Shown here piece after piece: positions 45,756-55,461 of a stretch of 64,000 bases of DNA. The stretch is from positions 96,001-160,000 of the forward strand of contig CBDCCS010000003.1 of NCBI GenBank assembly GCA_965214935.1, given 5' to 3'. Made by a program: the position numbers and the translations under genes. This DNA comes from Candidatus Velthaea sp. GTDB lineage: Bacteria; Vulcanimicrobiota; Vulcanimicrobiia; Vulcanimicrobiales; Vulcanimicrobiaceae. The first letter of the stretch is position 1; every line of letters begins with the position of its first letter. Under the pieces are notes generated by a model that had not been told where the DNA came from, ran no database searches, and was given only the letters and a program-made list of their open reading frames with translations.

Positions 45756-46658
45756 GAACAACGTGAGATCAAGGAGAACCGGCGCTGCAACGATCGCTTG
45801 CGGCGGCGCAAACGTGACGGCGCCGGTTGCGGCGGCGAACTGCGTGCGGAGTTCGCGCGTGTAGCCGTTGGGCGCATAGCGGCCGCGATACATGGCGCGA
45901 TAGCGCAGCACCAGCTCCGGATGGCGATCGCCGAGATACGTAAAAAACGCATCGCGCGTTACCTCGCCGAAGTTGAGTGCCGAGTGCCACGCAAACGCTG
46001 CGCCGGCCGCCGCGGCAGCTTCGACGACGGCAGCGAGCGCAGCCGGCGCATCCGTTAAACCGGGTACGACGGGCGCGATGCCGACGCCGACGCGGATCCC
46101 CGCATCGGCCAGGCGTCGGACCGCAGCTAAGCGCGCGGCCGGCGGCGCCACGGTCGGCTCGAGTTCCCGCGCGAGATCGGCATCGAGGGTCGGGAGACTC
46201 ACGCAGATAGAAATCGCGGCGCGCGCAGCATACGCGGTCAGCACGTCGAGATCGCGCACGATCAGGCCCGAGCGCGTGATGAGATGCATCGGCGTCCGAG
46301 CGCGCGAGAGTTCGATCAGTACCGCGCGCGTAATCCGATATTTACCTTCGATCGGTTGATACGGATCGGTTGCCGTACCGACGGCGACGTCGGCGTTGCG
46401 CCAGCCGGGCCGGTTCAATTCGCGCCGTAGCACGCTTGCGGCGTTGACCTTCGCCGCCAATTCGGAGCCCCAGGCCGTGACGCCGTCCAGCTCGCGGTAT
46501 GCGTGCGTTGCGCGCGCGTAACAAAAGACGCACTGATGTTGACAACCGGTATACGGGTTGATCGACCAGCCGAACGGCATTCCGGCAACCCTGTTTAAAA
46601 CGCTCTTAGCGATTACCTCGCGAACGTGGATCTCGGACGCACGACGAGCGACATGCAT
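45747..46658 (-). CDS. Radical SAM protein, spore-photoproduct-lyase-like / Rv2578c family
   Basis: SINPYTGCQHQCVFCYAR (CxxxCxxC), GTATDPYQPIE, LIVRDLD, LEP. Confidence 0.88.
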   Translation of the reverse strand: MHVARRASEIHVREVIAKSVLNRVAGMPFGWSINPYTGCQHQCVFCYARATHAYRELDGVTAWGSELAAKVNAASVLRRELNRPGWRNADVAVGTATDPYQPIEGKYRITRAVLIELSRARTPMHLITRSGLIVRDLDVLTAYAARAAISICVSLPTLDADLARELEPTVAPPAARLAAVRRLADAGIRVGVGIAPVVPGLTDAPAALAAVVEAAAAAGAAFAWHSALNFGEVTRDAFFTYLGDRHPELVLRYRAMYRGRYAPNGYTRELRTQFAAATGAVTFAPPQAIVAAPVLLDLTLFSI

Positions 46659-46672
46659 CGAACGTACGTTCG
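46659..46672. promoter_or_regulatory. Gram-positive-type LexA (SOS) box
   Basis: CGAACGTACGTTCG is a perfect CGAAC-N4-GTTCG site abutting the ATG of the radical SAM gene. Confidence 0.75.
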
Positions 46673-46735
46673 CATACGATCGATTGTCCCCTGCGCTGCA
46701 ACCTCAAGCCTGCGCCGTGGTACATAGTATTCGAG

Positions 46736-47392
46736 ATGTATCAACAGCGCCGTCCCTATCTGCAAACGCGCGCGGCAAATGCGCCCGCGTTGCTCGGTCA
46801 AGTTCTCGGTATTACCGCCGTCGGTTTTCTTATCACCGCTGCGGCATCGTATCTCTTCCGCGGCGTTCCTTACGGCGTCGGCATGGGCGCCTCGCTCGTC
46901 GGCTTATTGCTGCTTTTCGCGATCAACGGAGCCCGCGCCAACGCCGCGCTGGGGCTGTTACTTTTCTATGCCTTTACGTTCGCCGAAGGCATTGGCATCG
47001 CGCCGATCCTTTCACGCTATATCGCGCTCGACGGAAACGGGGTCGTCGTGGACGCGGCCACCGCGACGGGCTTCGGTATGTTGATTTTGGCCGCAATCTC
47101 ATTTACGTTCAGCGTCGATTGGCGTCGTTTCAGCGGAGTTGCGCTAGGCGCGCTGCTGGCACTTATCGTCGTCGGCTTGATCGGCTCGTTCACGCACTTC
47201 TTGCACCCGGGCGTTTATGCGTGGTTGACGCTCGCCGTCTTTTCGTTGCTGACGCTCATTGATTTCAGTCGGATCCGGGCCGCGCAAGCCTGGGATTCGC
47301 CGGTGCAACTCGCCGTCGCGATCTACCTTGATGCCATCAATATCTTCCTTGCCTTTTTGCAAATATTCGGCAATCGCAATAGCCGCGACTAA
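46736..47392 (+). CDS. Bax inhibitor-1/YccA family membrane protein
   Basis: About seven transmembrane helices; C-terminal AVAIYLDAINIFLAFLQIFG. Confidence 0.9.
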   Translation: MYQQRRPYLQTRAANAPALLGQVLGITAVGFLITAAASYLFRGVPYGVGMGASLVGLLLLFAINGARANAALGLLLFYAFTFAEGIGIAPILSRYIALDGNGVVVDAATATGFGMLILAAISFTFSVDWRRFSGVALGALLALIVVGLIGSFTHFLHPGVYAWLTLAVFSLLTLIDFSRIRAAQAWDSPVQLAVAIYLDAINIFLAFLQIFGNRNSRD

Positions 47393-47437
47393 CACTCGTA
47401 CCCGGGACGCATCCCGGCGGCCGTTTAACTAGCAACG

Positions 47438-48874
47438 ATGGCGCGCGCTTTCGACGATCATGCCGGCCAACCGGCAGGCGACGTTCTGCACGAAGCGTGC
47501 GGTGTTACCGGAATCTACGCGCGCAATGCGGACGTCGCCCGGCTGGCCTACTTCGGTCTGTATGCCTTGCAGCATCGTGGTCAGGAAAGTGCCGGTATCG
47601 CCGTCGGCGACGGGTCGACGTTGCAAAGCCATCGCAAGATGGGCTTGATCGGCGGCATCTTCGATGAGTCGATTCTCGGTGCCATGCACGGTCACGTCAG
47701 CGTCGGCCATACGCGTTACTCGACCAGCGGCGCATCGGCCGTCTGTAACGCGCAGCCGTTCATTGAAGAATCGGACGCCGGTTCGTTTGCTTTCGCACAC
47801 AACGGAAACCTGACGAACGCCGAGTCGCTCTTGGCGTTGTTGCCGCCGGGCACCATACTCGACGCATCTTCCGATTCCGAAATTTTAGCAAAGACCATCG
47901 CGACGGCGCCCGGCACGCTCTTCGAAAAAATTGCGGCGACGATGCGCATCGCCGAGGGCGCGTATTCGGTCGTGCTGGCCACCGCCGACGCTATTTACGG
48001 CTTCCGCGATCCGTGGGGCGTGCGACCGCTGTGTATCGGCACGTACGGCGACGACGGTTATATGATCGCATCGGAGTCGTGCGCGCTGGCGACGGTCGGC
48101 GCCCGCTACTTGCGCGAACTCGGTGCCGGCGAGATCGTTCGCATCGATGCCAGCGGTGTGCGCGCGGAGCAGTCGGAGGTCGTCAAACCGCCATCGCTGT
48201 GCATGTTCGAGTATATCTATTTTGCGCGACCGGATTCGGTGTTGAACGGCCGGTCGATCTACATGGCCCGCTATGAGATGGGCCGGGCGTTGGCCAAGGA
48301 GCATCCGGCCGACGCGGACGTCGTGATGGCCGTTCCCGATTCGGCGATTCCCGGCGGCATCGGTTTTGCGGCGCAAAGCGGCTTGCCCTACGTCGAAGGC
48401 CTCATCAAGAATCGCTATATCGGCCGGACGTTCATCAGCCCCGATCAGAAGTTGCGCAGTCAGGGCGTCGCGCTGAAATTCAACCCGATTGTCGAGAATT
48501 TGCGCGGCCAACGCGTGGTGGTTGTCGACGACTCGATCGTACGCGGCACGACCACGCCGCGTATCGTCAGCTTGCTGCGTGACGCCGGTGCGCGTGAAGT
48601 CCATCTGCGAATCACGTCGCCGCCGATCGTGCACCCGTGTTACTTAGGCGTCGACATGGCGACATACGCCGAACTGATCGCAGCGAACCTAACCATCGAT
48701 GAGATCTGCGACAAGGTCGGCGCCGATTCGCTCGGCTATCTCAGCGTCGATGGTCTCGTTGACGCGACGAGCCGCGTCCGGACCGATTTTTGCCTCGGGT
48801 GTTTGACCGGACGGTATCCCTCGGCGCCTGTGTTTTCGCTGCCCGACACGGACCGGCAGCCGGCTCTCAAGTAG
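47438..48874 (+). CDS. purF: Amidophosphoribosyltransferase
   Basis: Propeptide then HEACGV, LQHRGQE, GHTRYST, HNGNL, CMFEYIYFARPDS, VDDSIVRGTT, PCYLG, CLGC. Confidence 0.97.
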   Translation: MARAFDDHAGQPAGDVLHEACGVTGIYARNADVARLAYFGLYALQHRGQESAGIAVGDGSTLQSHRKMGLIGGIFDESILGAMHGHVSVGHTRYSTSGASAVCNAQPFIEESDAGSFAFAHNGNLTNAESLLALLPPGTILDASSDSEILAKTIATAPGTLFEKIAATMRIAEGAYSVVLATADAIYGFRDPWGVRPLCIGTYGDDGYMIASESCALATVGARYLRELGAGEIVRIDASGVRAEQSEVVKPPSLCMFEYIYFARPDSVLNGRSIYMARYEMGRALAKEHPADADVVMAVPDSAIPGGIGFAAQSGLPYVEGLIKNRYIGRTFISPDQKLRSQGVALKFNPIVENLRGQRVVVVDDSIVRGTTTPRIVSLLRDAGAREVHLRITSPPIVHPCYLGVDMATYAELIAANLTIDEICDKVGADSLGYLSVDGLVDATSRVRTDFCLGCLTGRYPSAPVFSLPDTDRQPALK

Positions 48875-48996
48875 CAGCCGGGCGCCTTTTGAGGCGCTTC
48901 ATCCGATAATCGAAGGTTGCAAAAACTTTGCGCGGAAATGGCGCCGTAACGGACGGCTTTACCGTCGGTGAACACTTTTTCCGGAGAACGCACAGT

Positions 48997-49944
48997 ATGA
49001 TACAACGAATCGCATTAGGCGCTGCTGCCGCGCTGGCACTTGTAGCGCTGGGCGGCTCGAACTCGCTGGCAGCGAAGCCGCTCAATTCGATTGGAATTAG
49101 CGTCGGCGATTTGGCCAACCCATTCTTCGTCGCTATCGGCCAGGGCGCGTCGGACGAAGCGAAAAAGCTCGGCGGACCGAACGTGAAAATTACGACGGTT
49201 TCCAGCAATTACGATCTCAATACGCAAGTCGGTCAGATCGAAAACTTCATCGCCAACAAGACCGACATCATCCTCGTGAACGCCGTCGATCCCAAAGCGA
49301 TCGCGCCGGTTCTTAAAAAAGCGACCGACGCCGGTGTGGTCGTGGTTGCCTTCGACGTCGCCGCTCAAGGAGCGGACGCCACGGTCATGTCGGACAACTC
49401 CGCGGCCGGGACGACGTCGTGCGATTATTTGGCCAAGCACATCGGCGGCAAGGGCAACGTCGTCATCATCAACGGTCCGCCGGTGTCGTCGGTTATCGAT
49501 CGCGTCAAGGGTTGCGAGAAAGTCCTCAACGCCGCGGGGATCAAAATTCTTTCCGATAACCAAAACGCGAAGGGCAGCCGCGACGGCGGCTTGCAAGTCA
49601 TGGCCGACTTGCTGACCGCGAACCCGAAGATCGACGGTATCTTCGCCATCAACGATCCGACCGCGATCGGTGCTGATTTAGCCATCAAACAGGCGCATCG
49701 CGACGATATCAAACTCATCACTGCCGTCGACGGTTCGCCCGACGGACAGTCCGGACTCAAAGACAAAGCGTCTTTGTTCGCGGCAACGGCCGCCCAAAAT
49801 CCTTACAAGATGGCGTCGATGGCGATCGCTGAAGGCTACGGCATTTTGCAAGGTAAGCAGCCCGCGCAGAAAGTCGTGCTCCTACCGGTTCCGCTCGTTA
49901 CCAAAGCGAACGTTGCCAGCTATCCGGGCTGGGTGAAGCCCTAA
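48997..49944 (+). CDS. Sugar ABC transporter substrate-binding protein (RbsB-like)
   Basis: Signal peptide, LANPFF, VMSDN, FAIND..A.GA, VDG, QNP. Confidence 0.9.
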   Translation: MIQRIALGAAAALALVALGGSNSLAAKPLNSIGISVGDLANPFFVAIGQGASDEAKKLGGPNVKITTVSSNYDLNTQVGQIENFIANKTDIILVNAVDPKAIAPVLKKATDAGVVVVAFDVAAQGADATVMSDNSAAGTTSCDYLAKHIGGKGNVVIINGPPVSSVIDRVKGCEKVLNAAGIKILSDNQNAKGSRDGGLQVMADLLTANPKIDGIFAINDPTAIGADLAIKQAHRDDIKLITAVDGSPDGQSGLKDKASLFAATAAQNPYKMASMAIAEGYGILQGKQPAQKVVLLPVPLVTKANVASYPGWVKP

Positions 49945-50073
49945 GCCTCGCAGTCAAAGCGTGATCGTGCAACGACGTCACGCAATCAGCGGCGCAGGAT
50001 TGCTGCGCCTCTGATGTCGGGTCCGATTACGTAGGTCACTCGTTCGGCGTCGCGGCCGCGCGGTTCAAGGAGG

Positions 50074-51591
50074 GTGCGTTTGATCGATCAAGGCCGGCTT
50101 ATTTTCGAGATGCGCGGTATCTCGAAAAGCTTTGGCGCAACCCATGCGCTGCGCGACGTACAATTACCGATTCGCAGCCATGAAGTTCATGCGATCATGG
50201 GTGAAAACGGCGCCGGCAAAAGCACGCTCATGAAAATTCTGTCGGGCGTATATACGCCCGACAGCGGAGAGATTCTGCTCGACGGTAAGCCGGTCAAGAT
50301 TGCAAACCCGGCAGCGGCGCGCGACCTCGGCATCAATCTCATCTATCAGGAACTAAGCGTCGCGCCGCATATGACCGTTGCTCAAAACGTTTTCATGGGC
50401 AGCGAGCCGCGTGGACGATTCGGCATGGTCGACGAGCGGGTGATGAACCGCCGCACCACCGAGATGCTCGAGAATCTCGGCGCACGCTTCAAAGCGTCCA
50501 CGTTGGCGAAATATCTGTCGATCGCCGAGCAGCAGCAGGTTGAAATCGGTCGCGCGCTTATCCATGAAGGCCGCATCCTCATCATGGACGAGCCGACGGC
50601 GGCGCTGTCCGACCGCGAGACCGAGCAGCTTTTTCGCATCATCGAACAATTGCGCGACAAGGGCATTGCGATTTTGTACATCAGCCATCGGATGGCCGAA
50701 GTGCATCGCTTGGCGACTCGCGTGACGATTTTGCGCGACGGCGGCTACGTCGGCGAATTGAGCAAAGCGGAACTCGAGCCGCGGCGGGTCGTCCAGATGA
50801 TGGTCGGACGCGAACTCGGCGACTTCTACGCGCACGCCAAGCGTACCGGGCGTGGACCGGAATTGCTGCGGGTTGAAGCGGTTGCGGGCGGCAAGGTAAA
50901 GCCGGCCAGCTTCAGTTTGTTTGCCGGCGAAGTCACCGGGATGGCGGGTCTCGTGGGGGCCGGCCGGACCGAATTAGCGCGACTGATTTTCGGCGCCGAT
51001 AGCAAGTCGAGCGGAAAAGTTCTGCTCGCCGGCCGCGAGATCAATGTCATGCGGCCGGGCGACGCAATCGCCTTAGGCATCGGCTACGTGCCGGAAGATC
51101 GCAAAAGTCTCGGGCTGTTCTTGCAGTTATCCGCGCTTGCGAACACGTCGATGAACGTGCTTTCACTTCATGCGCGCAGCGGCATCATCAACTACCGCGA
51201 TCTGTTTCGCTTGACGCGCGATTCGATCAAGAAGCTTAACGTCAAGATCGGCGGTCCGGACGGGATCGTCGGCGGTCTATCCGGCGGTAATCAGCAGAAG
51301 GTCTTGCTCGCGCGCTGGCTCGAGATCGGACCCAAGGTGCTCATTCTCGACGAGCCGACGCGCGGCGTCGACGTCGGTGCGAAAAGTGAAATCTACAAGA
51401 TCATCCATCAACTTGCCGACGACGGCGTCGCGGTACTCTGTATCTCAAGTGAACTTCCCGAACTCGTCGGCATTTGCGATCGCGTGATGGTCATGCGCGA
51501 AGGTGAGATTACCGGCGAAGTCACCGGCGAGCGCATTTCGCAAGAAAACATCATGGCTCTCGCGGCTCAGGTCGAACCGGCCGCCGCTTAA
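50074..51591 (+). CDS. Sugar ABC transporter ATP-binding protein (RbsA-like, two ABC domains)
   Basis: GENGAGKST, MDEPT, GLVGAGRTE, PEDRK, LSGGNQQK, DEPTRGVDVGAK. Confidence 0.93.
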   Translation: MRLIDQGRLIFEMRGISKSFGATHALRDVQLPIRSHEVHAIMGENGAGKSTLMKILSGVYTPDSGEILLDGKPVKIANPAAARDLGINLIYQELSVAPHMTVAQNVFMGSEPRGRFGMVDERVMNRRTTEMLENLGARFKASTLAKYLSIAEQQQVEIGRALIHEGRILIMDEPTAALSDRETEQLFRIIEQLRDKGIAILYISHRMAEVHRLATRVTILRDGGYVGELSKAELEPRRVVQMMVGRELGDFYAHAKRTGRGPELLRVEAVAGGKVKPASFSLFAGEVTGMAGLVGAGRTELARLIFGADSKSSGKVLLAGREINVMRPGDAIALGIGYVPEDRKSLGLFLQLSALANTSMNVLSLHARSGIINYRDLFRLTRDSIKKLNVKIGGPDGIVGGLSGGNQQKVLLARWLEIGPKVLILDEPTRGVDVGAKSEIYKIIHQLADDGVAVLCISSELPELVGICDRVMVMREGEITGEVTGERISQENIMALAAQVEPAAA

Positions 51592-51626
51592 ATCGTCCGA
51601 CCCCCAATGTGTGAGAAGGTGACAGT

Positions 51627-52634
51627 ATGTCGACGATAACGCTCGGCCCGATCGAACGCTCGAAGCGGCCCGACGCCGCGGCAATATTCCGTCAGATCGG
51701 AATGTTGCCGGTGCTCATCGTTTTATATATCGGAATGTACGCGCTAACCGTTTACGTGGCGGGCGCGTCCGGTTCGAATTTTTTGACGACGAGCAACACC
51801 ATGAACATCTTGCGTCAGGTTTCGATCAACCTGGTGCTCGCGTCCGGAATGACGTTTGTCATTTTAACGGCCGGTATCGACTTATCGGTGGGATCGATTC
51901 TTGCCGTTTCGGCGGTGTTCGGGATGCTGACGTCACTCACTCAATTTGCGGGTTTGTCGATTCCGGTTTTCTTAGTCGCCGGCCTTGCGTGCGGATTGAT
52001 CAACGGTGCGCTCGTAGCATTCGTCGGCCTCAATCCCTTCGTCGTCACGCTCGGCACGATGACCGCGCTGCGCGGAGCCGCCTATCTCTTTGCCGGCGGT
52101 ACGACGGTTCTCAATCAGAACATTCCAAGCTTCGAGTGGATGGGCAACAGCGGTTTCTTAGCGATTCCGTGGCTCATTTGGCTGGCGGCCGGCGTCGTTA
52201 TCATCAGCTGGTTCATTCTACGCAAGACGGTGCTGGGATTGCAGATTTACGCAGTCGGCGGTAATCCGCAGGCAGCGCGTCTAACCGGTATCAAAGTCGG
52301 CGTCGTGCTGATGTTCGTCTATGCCATTAGCGGCTTATTCGCCGGACTCGGCGGAGCGATGTCGGCCAGCCGTCTGTACGGCGCCAACGGCAACTGGGGA
52401 ACCGGTTACGAACTCGATGCGATCGCTGCGGTCGTGTTGGGCGGCACGAGCTTGAGCGGCGGTGTCGGCGCCATCGGCGGCACCGTCATCGGCGCGCTCA
52501 TCATCGGCGTCATGAACAACGGCCTCACCATCTTAGGCTTGTCGTCGTTTTGGCAGTATGTCGCGAAAGGCGTCGTCATCGTTCTCGCGGTCATGCTCGA
52601 TAAGTGGCGTCAGAAACACGGCACGGCTAACTAG
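51627..52634 (+). CDS. Sugar ABC transporter permease (RbsC-like)
   Basis: GMTFVILTAGIDLSVGS, PFVVTLG, YAVGGN..AARLTGI, YELDAIAAVVLGGTSL.GG.G. Confidence 0.93.
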   Translation: MSTITLGPIERSKRPDAAAIFRQIGMLPVLIVLYIGMYALTVYVAGASGSNFLTTSNTMNILRQVSINLVLASGMTFVILTAGIDLSVGSILAVSAVFGMLTSLTQFAGLSIPVFLVAGLACGLINGALVAFVGLNPFVVTLGTMTALRGAAYLFAGGTTVLNQNIPSFEWMGNSGFLAIPWLIWLAAGVVIISWFILRKTVLGLQIYAVGGNPQAARLTGIKVGVVLMFVYAISGLFAGLGGAMSASRLYGANGNWGTGYELDAIAAVVLGGTSLSGGVGAIGGTVIGALIIGVMNNGLTILGLSSFWQYVAKGVVIVLAVMLDKWRQKHGTAN

Positions 52635-52833
52635 AACAATCGAGCCGATCGCGGCATTCACCGTCGCGTAGCAACCGTCGTATCAACGCTTGCCGTGGAT
52701 AGCGTAACGCCTCCGCCAGAACATATGCGACGTACCGTTCGACAGCGACACGTCGCAGGTTGTTGCACTGACTTTCCGCAAACGTTTGTAAACGCTAACG
52801 CGACGGGAGCCGCGCTTCGACACCGCGCGGCGC

Positions 52834-54504
52834 TTAGCGGAGAAAGCCCTGATGGTATGCGCTGCGTGCGATCGCAGCCGTCGATGGTTTCGGTCCGAGA
52901 ACCTGAATCTTTGCCATCATGCCGCCGTCTTCGTGTTCGAGAATGTGGCAGTGGAAAACGAAGGTGCCGGCAATGATCGGGTCGCGAAAGTCCATGAGCA
53001 AATGAACGACGCCCGGCTGTACTCGTCCGCCGCCGACCGTTTTTGCATACGGAATAGCGATCGTGTCGCGCCAGGCTGATTTCGGTTGTCGTACGCCGTT
53101 GATATCCTCGACCAAAAAATGAATTTGATGGATATGGAACGCGTGCAGTTCATCGGCATAATTTGCAACCGTCCATTCTTCGACCGTACCCGCGTGGACG
53201 GAGAACATCGGCGGCGCGCTCGGGTCCCACAGCTTACCATTGATGTAAAACATGCTGTCGGGATTGTTTTCCGTGAAGTTCACGACGCGGCGCGCCGCGA
53301 TCGGCGCTCGGTTGATGTCGCCGAACGGTTCGGCATCGTGCAGTATCGCGCCGGCCGCTACGTGCCCGAGTGGCGGCTCTCCACCGATGCGAATCTCTGC
53401 AAGTCGTCGAGCCGGATCGACGTCGCCGTCGGGTCCATAGTCGATGCACGACGACTCAAGCGCGGTCGCATGCAACGGTGTTTGCAAGATGAATTCCGAT
53501 CGGTTGCCGGGTGCAAGAAGCACGTGTTCGACATATTGTGCTTGCAACCAGCGGTCGTGAAATGAAAGTGGTACGCCGTCGGATGCAATCAATAATAATT
53601 TACTGCCCGGGACGCGCAGGTCGAAGAAGCTATTCGCCGATGCGTTTGCGACGCGGAATACTTGGCGCGTGCCGGGATTCATTGAGATCGTCGCGCTCGA
53701 TTGGCCGTTGATGGTAACGCCCTTTGAAGCGCCGTCCGGATCGCATCCGGCGCTGACCGCAGGCAGCGTTGAAGCATGGCTTGCAGCCGCGCGGATTGCC
53801 GTCGCAGGATCGAGCGCCGGATTGTCTGCGCGTGCAAGGGCTGCTGCACGCATCACCGCGCGTTGACGGTGACGGGCGAGCGGTGCGAGCGACGGATCTA
53901 AGTAGTAATCGCGCAGAATGATGTCGCGTTCGACGAGTCCACTTGCAATCGGTGCATAACGGTCGATGCCGTCGACAACAATCAATCCCGACATGCCTGA
54001 GGCAACTTGCCGGTTACTCTCGCCGTGCGGATGCGGATGATACCAGTACAGTCCCGGCGGTTGATTGCGCGGAATGTTAATCACGTAGCGATACCGCTGA
54101 CCCGGCATGATCATCGTCATGATGACTTGGTCGCCCGGCGCTTGCGGCGACACCATGAGACCATGCGTATGCAGGTTGCTCATGTCCATGATCGGGCCGC
54201 TCGCCGCCGGTAGCGCATTTGTATAATCGATCACGAGCGTATCGCCCGGCCGAACGCGAATGGTCGGCGGGATCATTGCGCCGCGATAGATGAACGCCGG
54301 TAACTTCGTCGCCGGGTCTAACGCCGCGGTCAAGCGGACGTAGGCTACGCCGTTGACGCTGCGGATTTCGGGCAAGTTGGCCAATTCCGCCGGCGCTTGC
54401 AGTGTGGTTTCCGCTGCGCCGTTGGATACCGCCGTCGTACCGACGGTTGTGAGAACGAGGAAAGCTGCGGCATACAAGCCCGCAAGTCGAGATGTGAACC
54501 GCAC
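52834..54504 (-). CDS. Secreted three-domain multicopper oxidase
   Basis: All four copper motifs are present: NLHTHG, WYHPH, HAFHIH, HCHILEHEDGGMM; N-terminal signal peptide. Confidence 0.92.
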   Translation of the reverse strand: MRFTSRLAGLYAAAFLVLTTVGTTAVSNGAAETTLQAPAELANLPEIRSVNGVAYVRLTAALDPATKLPAFIYRGAMIPPTIRVRPGDTLVIDYTNALPAASGPIMDMSNLHTHGLMVSPQAPGDQVIMTMIMPGQRYRYVINIPRNQPPGLYWYHPHPHGESNRQVASGMSGLIVVDGIDRYAPIASGLVERDIILRDYYLDPSLAPLARHRQRAVMRAAALARADNPALDPATAIRAAASHASTLPAVSAGCDPDGASKGVTINGQSSATISMNPGTRQVFRVANASANSFFDLRVPGSKLLLIASDGVPLSFHDRWLQAQYVEHVLLAPGNRSEFILQTPLHATALESSCIDYGPDGDVDPARRLAEIRIGGEPPLGHVAAGAILHDAEPFGDINRAPIAARRVVNFTENNPDSMFYINGKLWDPSAPPMFSVHAGTVEEWTVANYADELHAFHIHQIHFLVEDINGVRQPKSAWRDTIAIPYAKTVGGGRVQPGVVHLLMDFRDPIIAGTFVFHCHILEHEDGGMMAKIQVLGPKPSTAAIARSAYHQGFLR

Positions 54505-54668
54505 GTCTTACTCCGGCAAAGCACATCGCCGTGCTGGTAACCACACGGCGCGTTCCAGCGGAGTGAAACATGATTCGGCGTTGTCCACGAACGGCCGAAG
54601 GTCCTAATTAGCGGGGTGATCGTTCCTTATTTTTTGCGTTCGCCGTGCTGTAAGTCGCTTAATGAGGA

Positions 54669-55274
54669 CTACGTTCGCGAGCGCGCAGCGCAAAGTGCGA
54701 TCTGCGTCACTCCGAGTAAGAGAACGGTGCCGTAAACGCGCGTCGAGTTTTTATGCATCACACGGTACGCGACGCGTTGCGGATCGCTCGCGACCGTTTC
54801 GGCAAAGCCGCCCATTGCACGCTGCGCTTGCGTCATAGCCGGAACGATCGCGCGCTGATGATACGCGGTCCCCGCTACGGCAAGCAGAGCGGCACTGCAG
54901 CGAGCTACGTCGTTCGTTCTTCCGGCGGGCTCGAAGCGCCCGCGTGCAAACGCACACAATGCCGTGATCGCGGCTCCGGCATATGTCAACGTCGCAAGCC
55001 GTTCAAGATTGCGTTCCGTGAACGTCGCAAAAGCGTCGCGATCGGCAATTAACGCGAATGCAACCGGAGCGGCGACGAATGCAAATCCGGCCGCGGCACC
55101 AACCCATATTGCCGTTGCCCCCGTCTCGACGACATCGGCGACAAGACCGCCTGCATTACGTGTGCGCGCCGCTTCATAGGTCGATGGAAGCGTGGGCAGC
55201 GGCGGATCGTCGACGGGTTCGGAAATTGCACCGGGCACCTCGGGATCAGGTAGGACCGGTTCCGGTAGATTCAT
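54669..55274 (-). CDS. DUF4149/TMEM205-like membrane protein
   Basis: WVG...FVAAPVAF, four transmembrane helices, IVPAM, YRVMHK.S; Pro-rich N-terminus. Confidence 0.7.
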   Translation of the reverse strand: MNLPEPVLPDPEVPGAISEPVDDPPLPTLPSTYEAARTRNAGGLVADVVETGATAIWVGAAAGFAFVAAPVAFALIADRDAFATFTERNLERLATLTYAGAAITALCAFARGRFEPAGRTNDVARCSAALLAVAGTAYHQRAIVPAMTQAQRAMGGFAETVASDPQRVAYRVMHKNSTRVYGTVLLLGVTQIALCAARSRT

Positions 55275-55461
55275 AGCGGTCAATTACCCGTCCCGAAGTT
55301 CCCTATCTCAGCGAGAACTAAGCCGGTGTGCAATGAAAGGGATGGCTTGGTAACCTGAAGCCGGCGTCGCGGCATCGCGATTGTTGTTCGGATAGCCGCC
55401 GCACGTAGCATCGGCCCGAACGCGCCGTGCCCGGCTGTGCTCGATACAGCAGAGGAATGTC

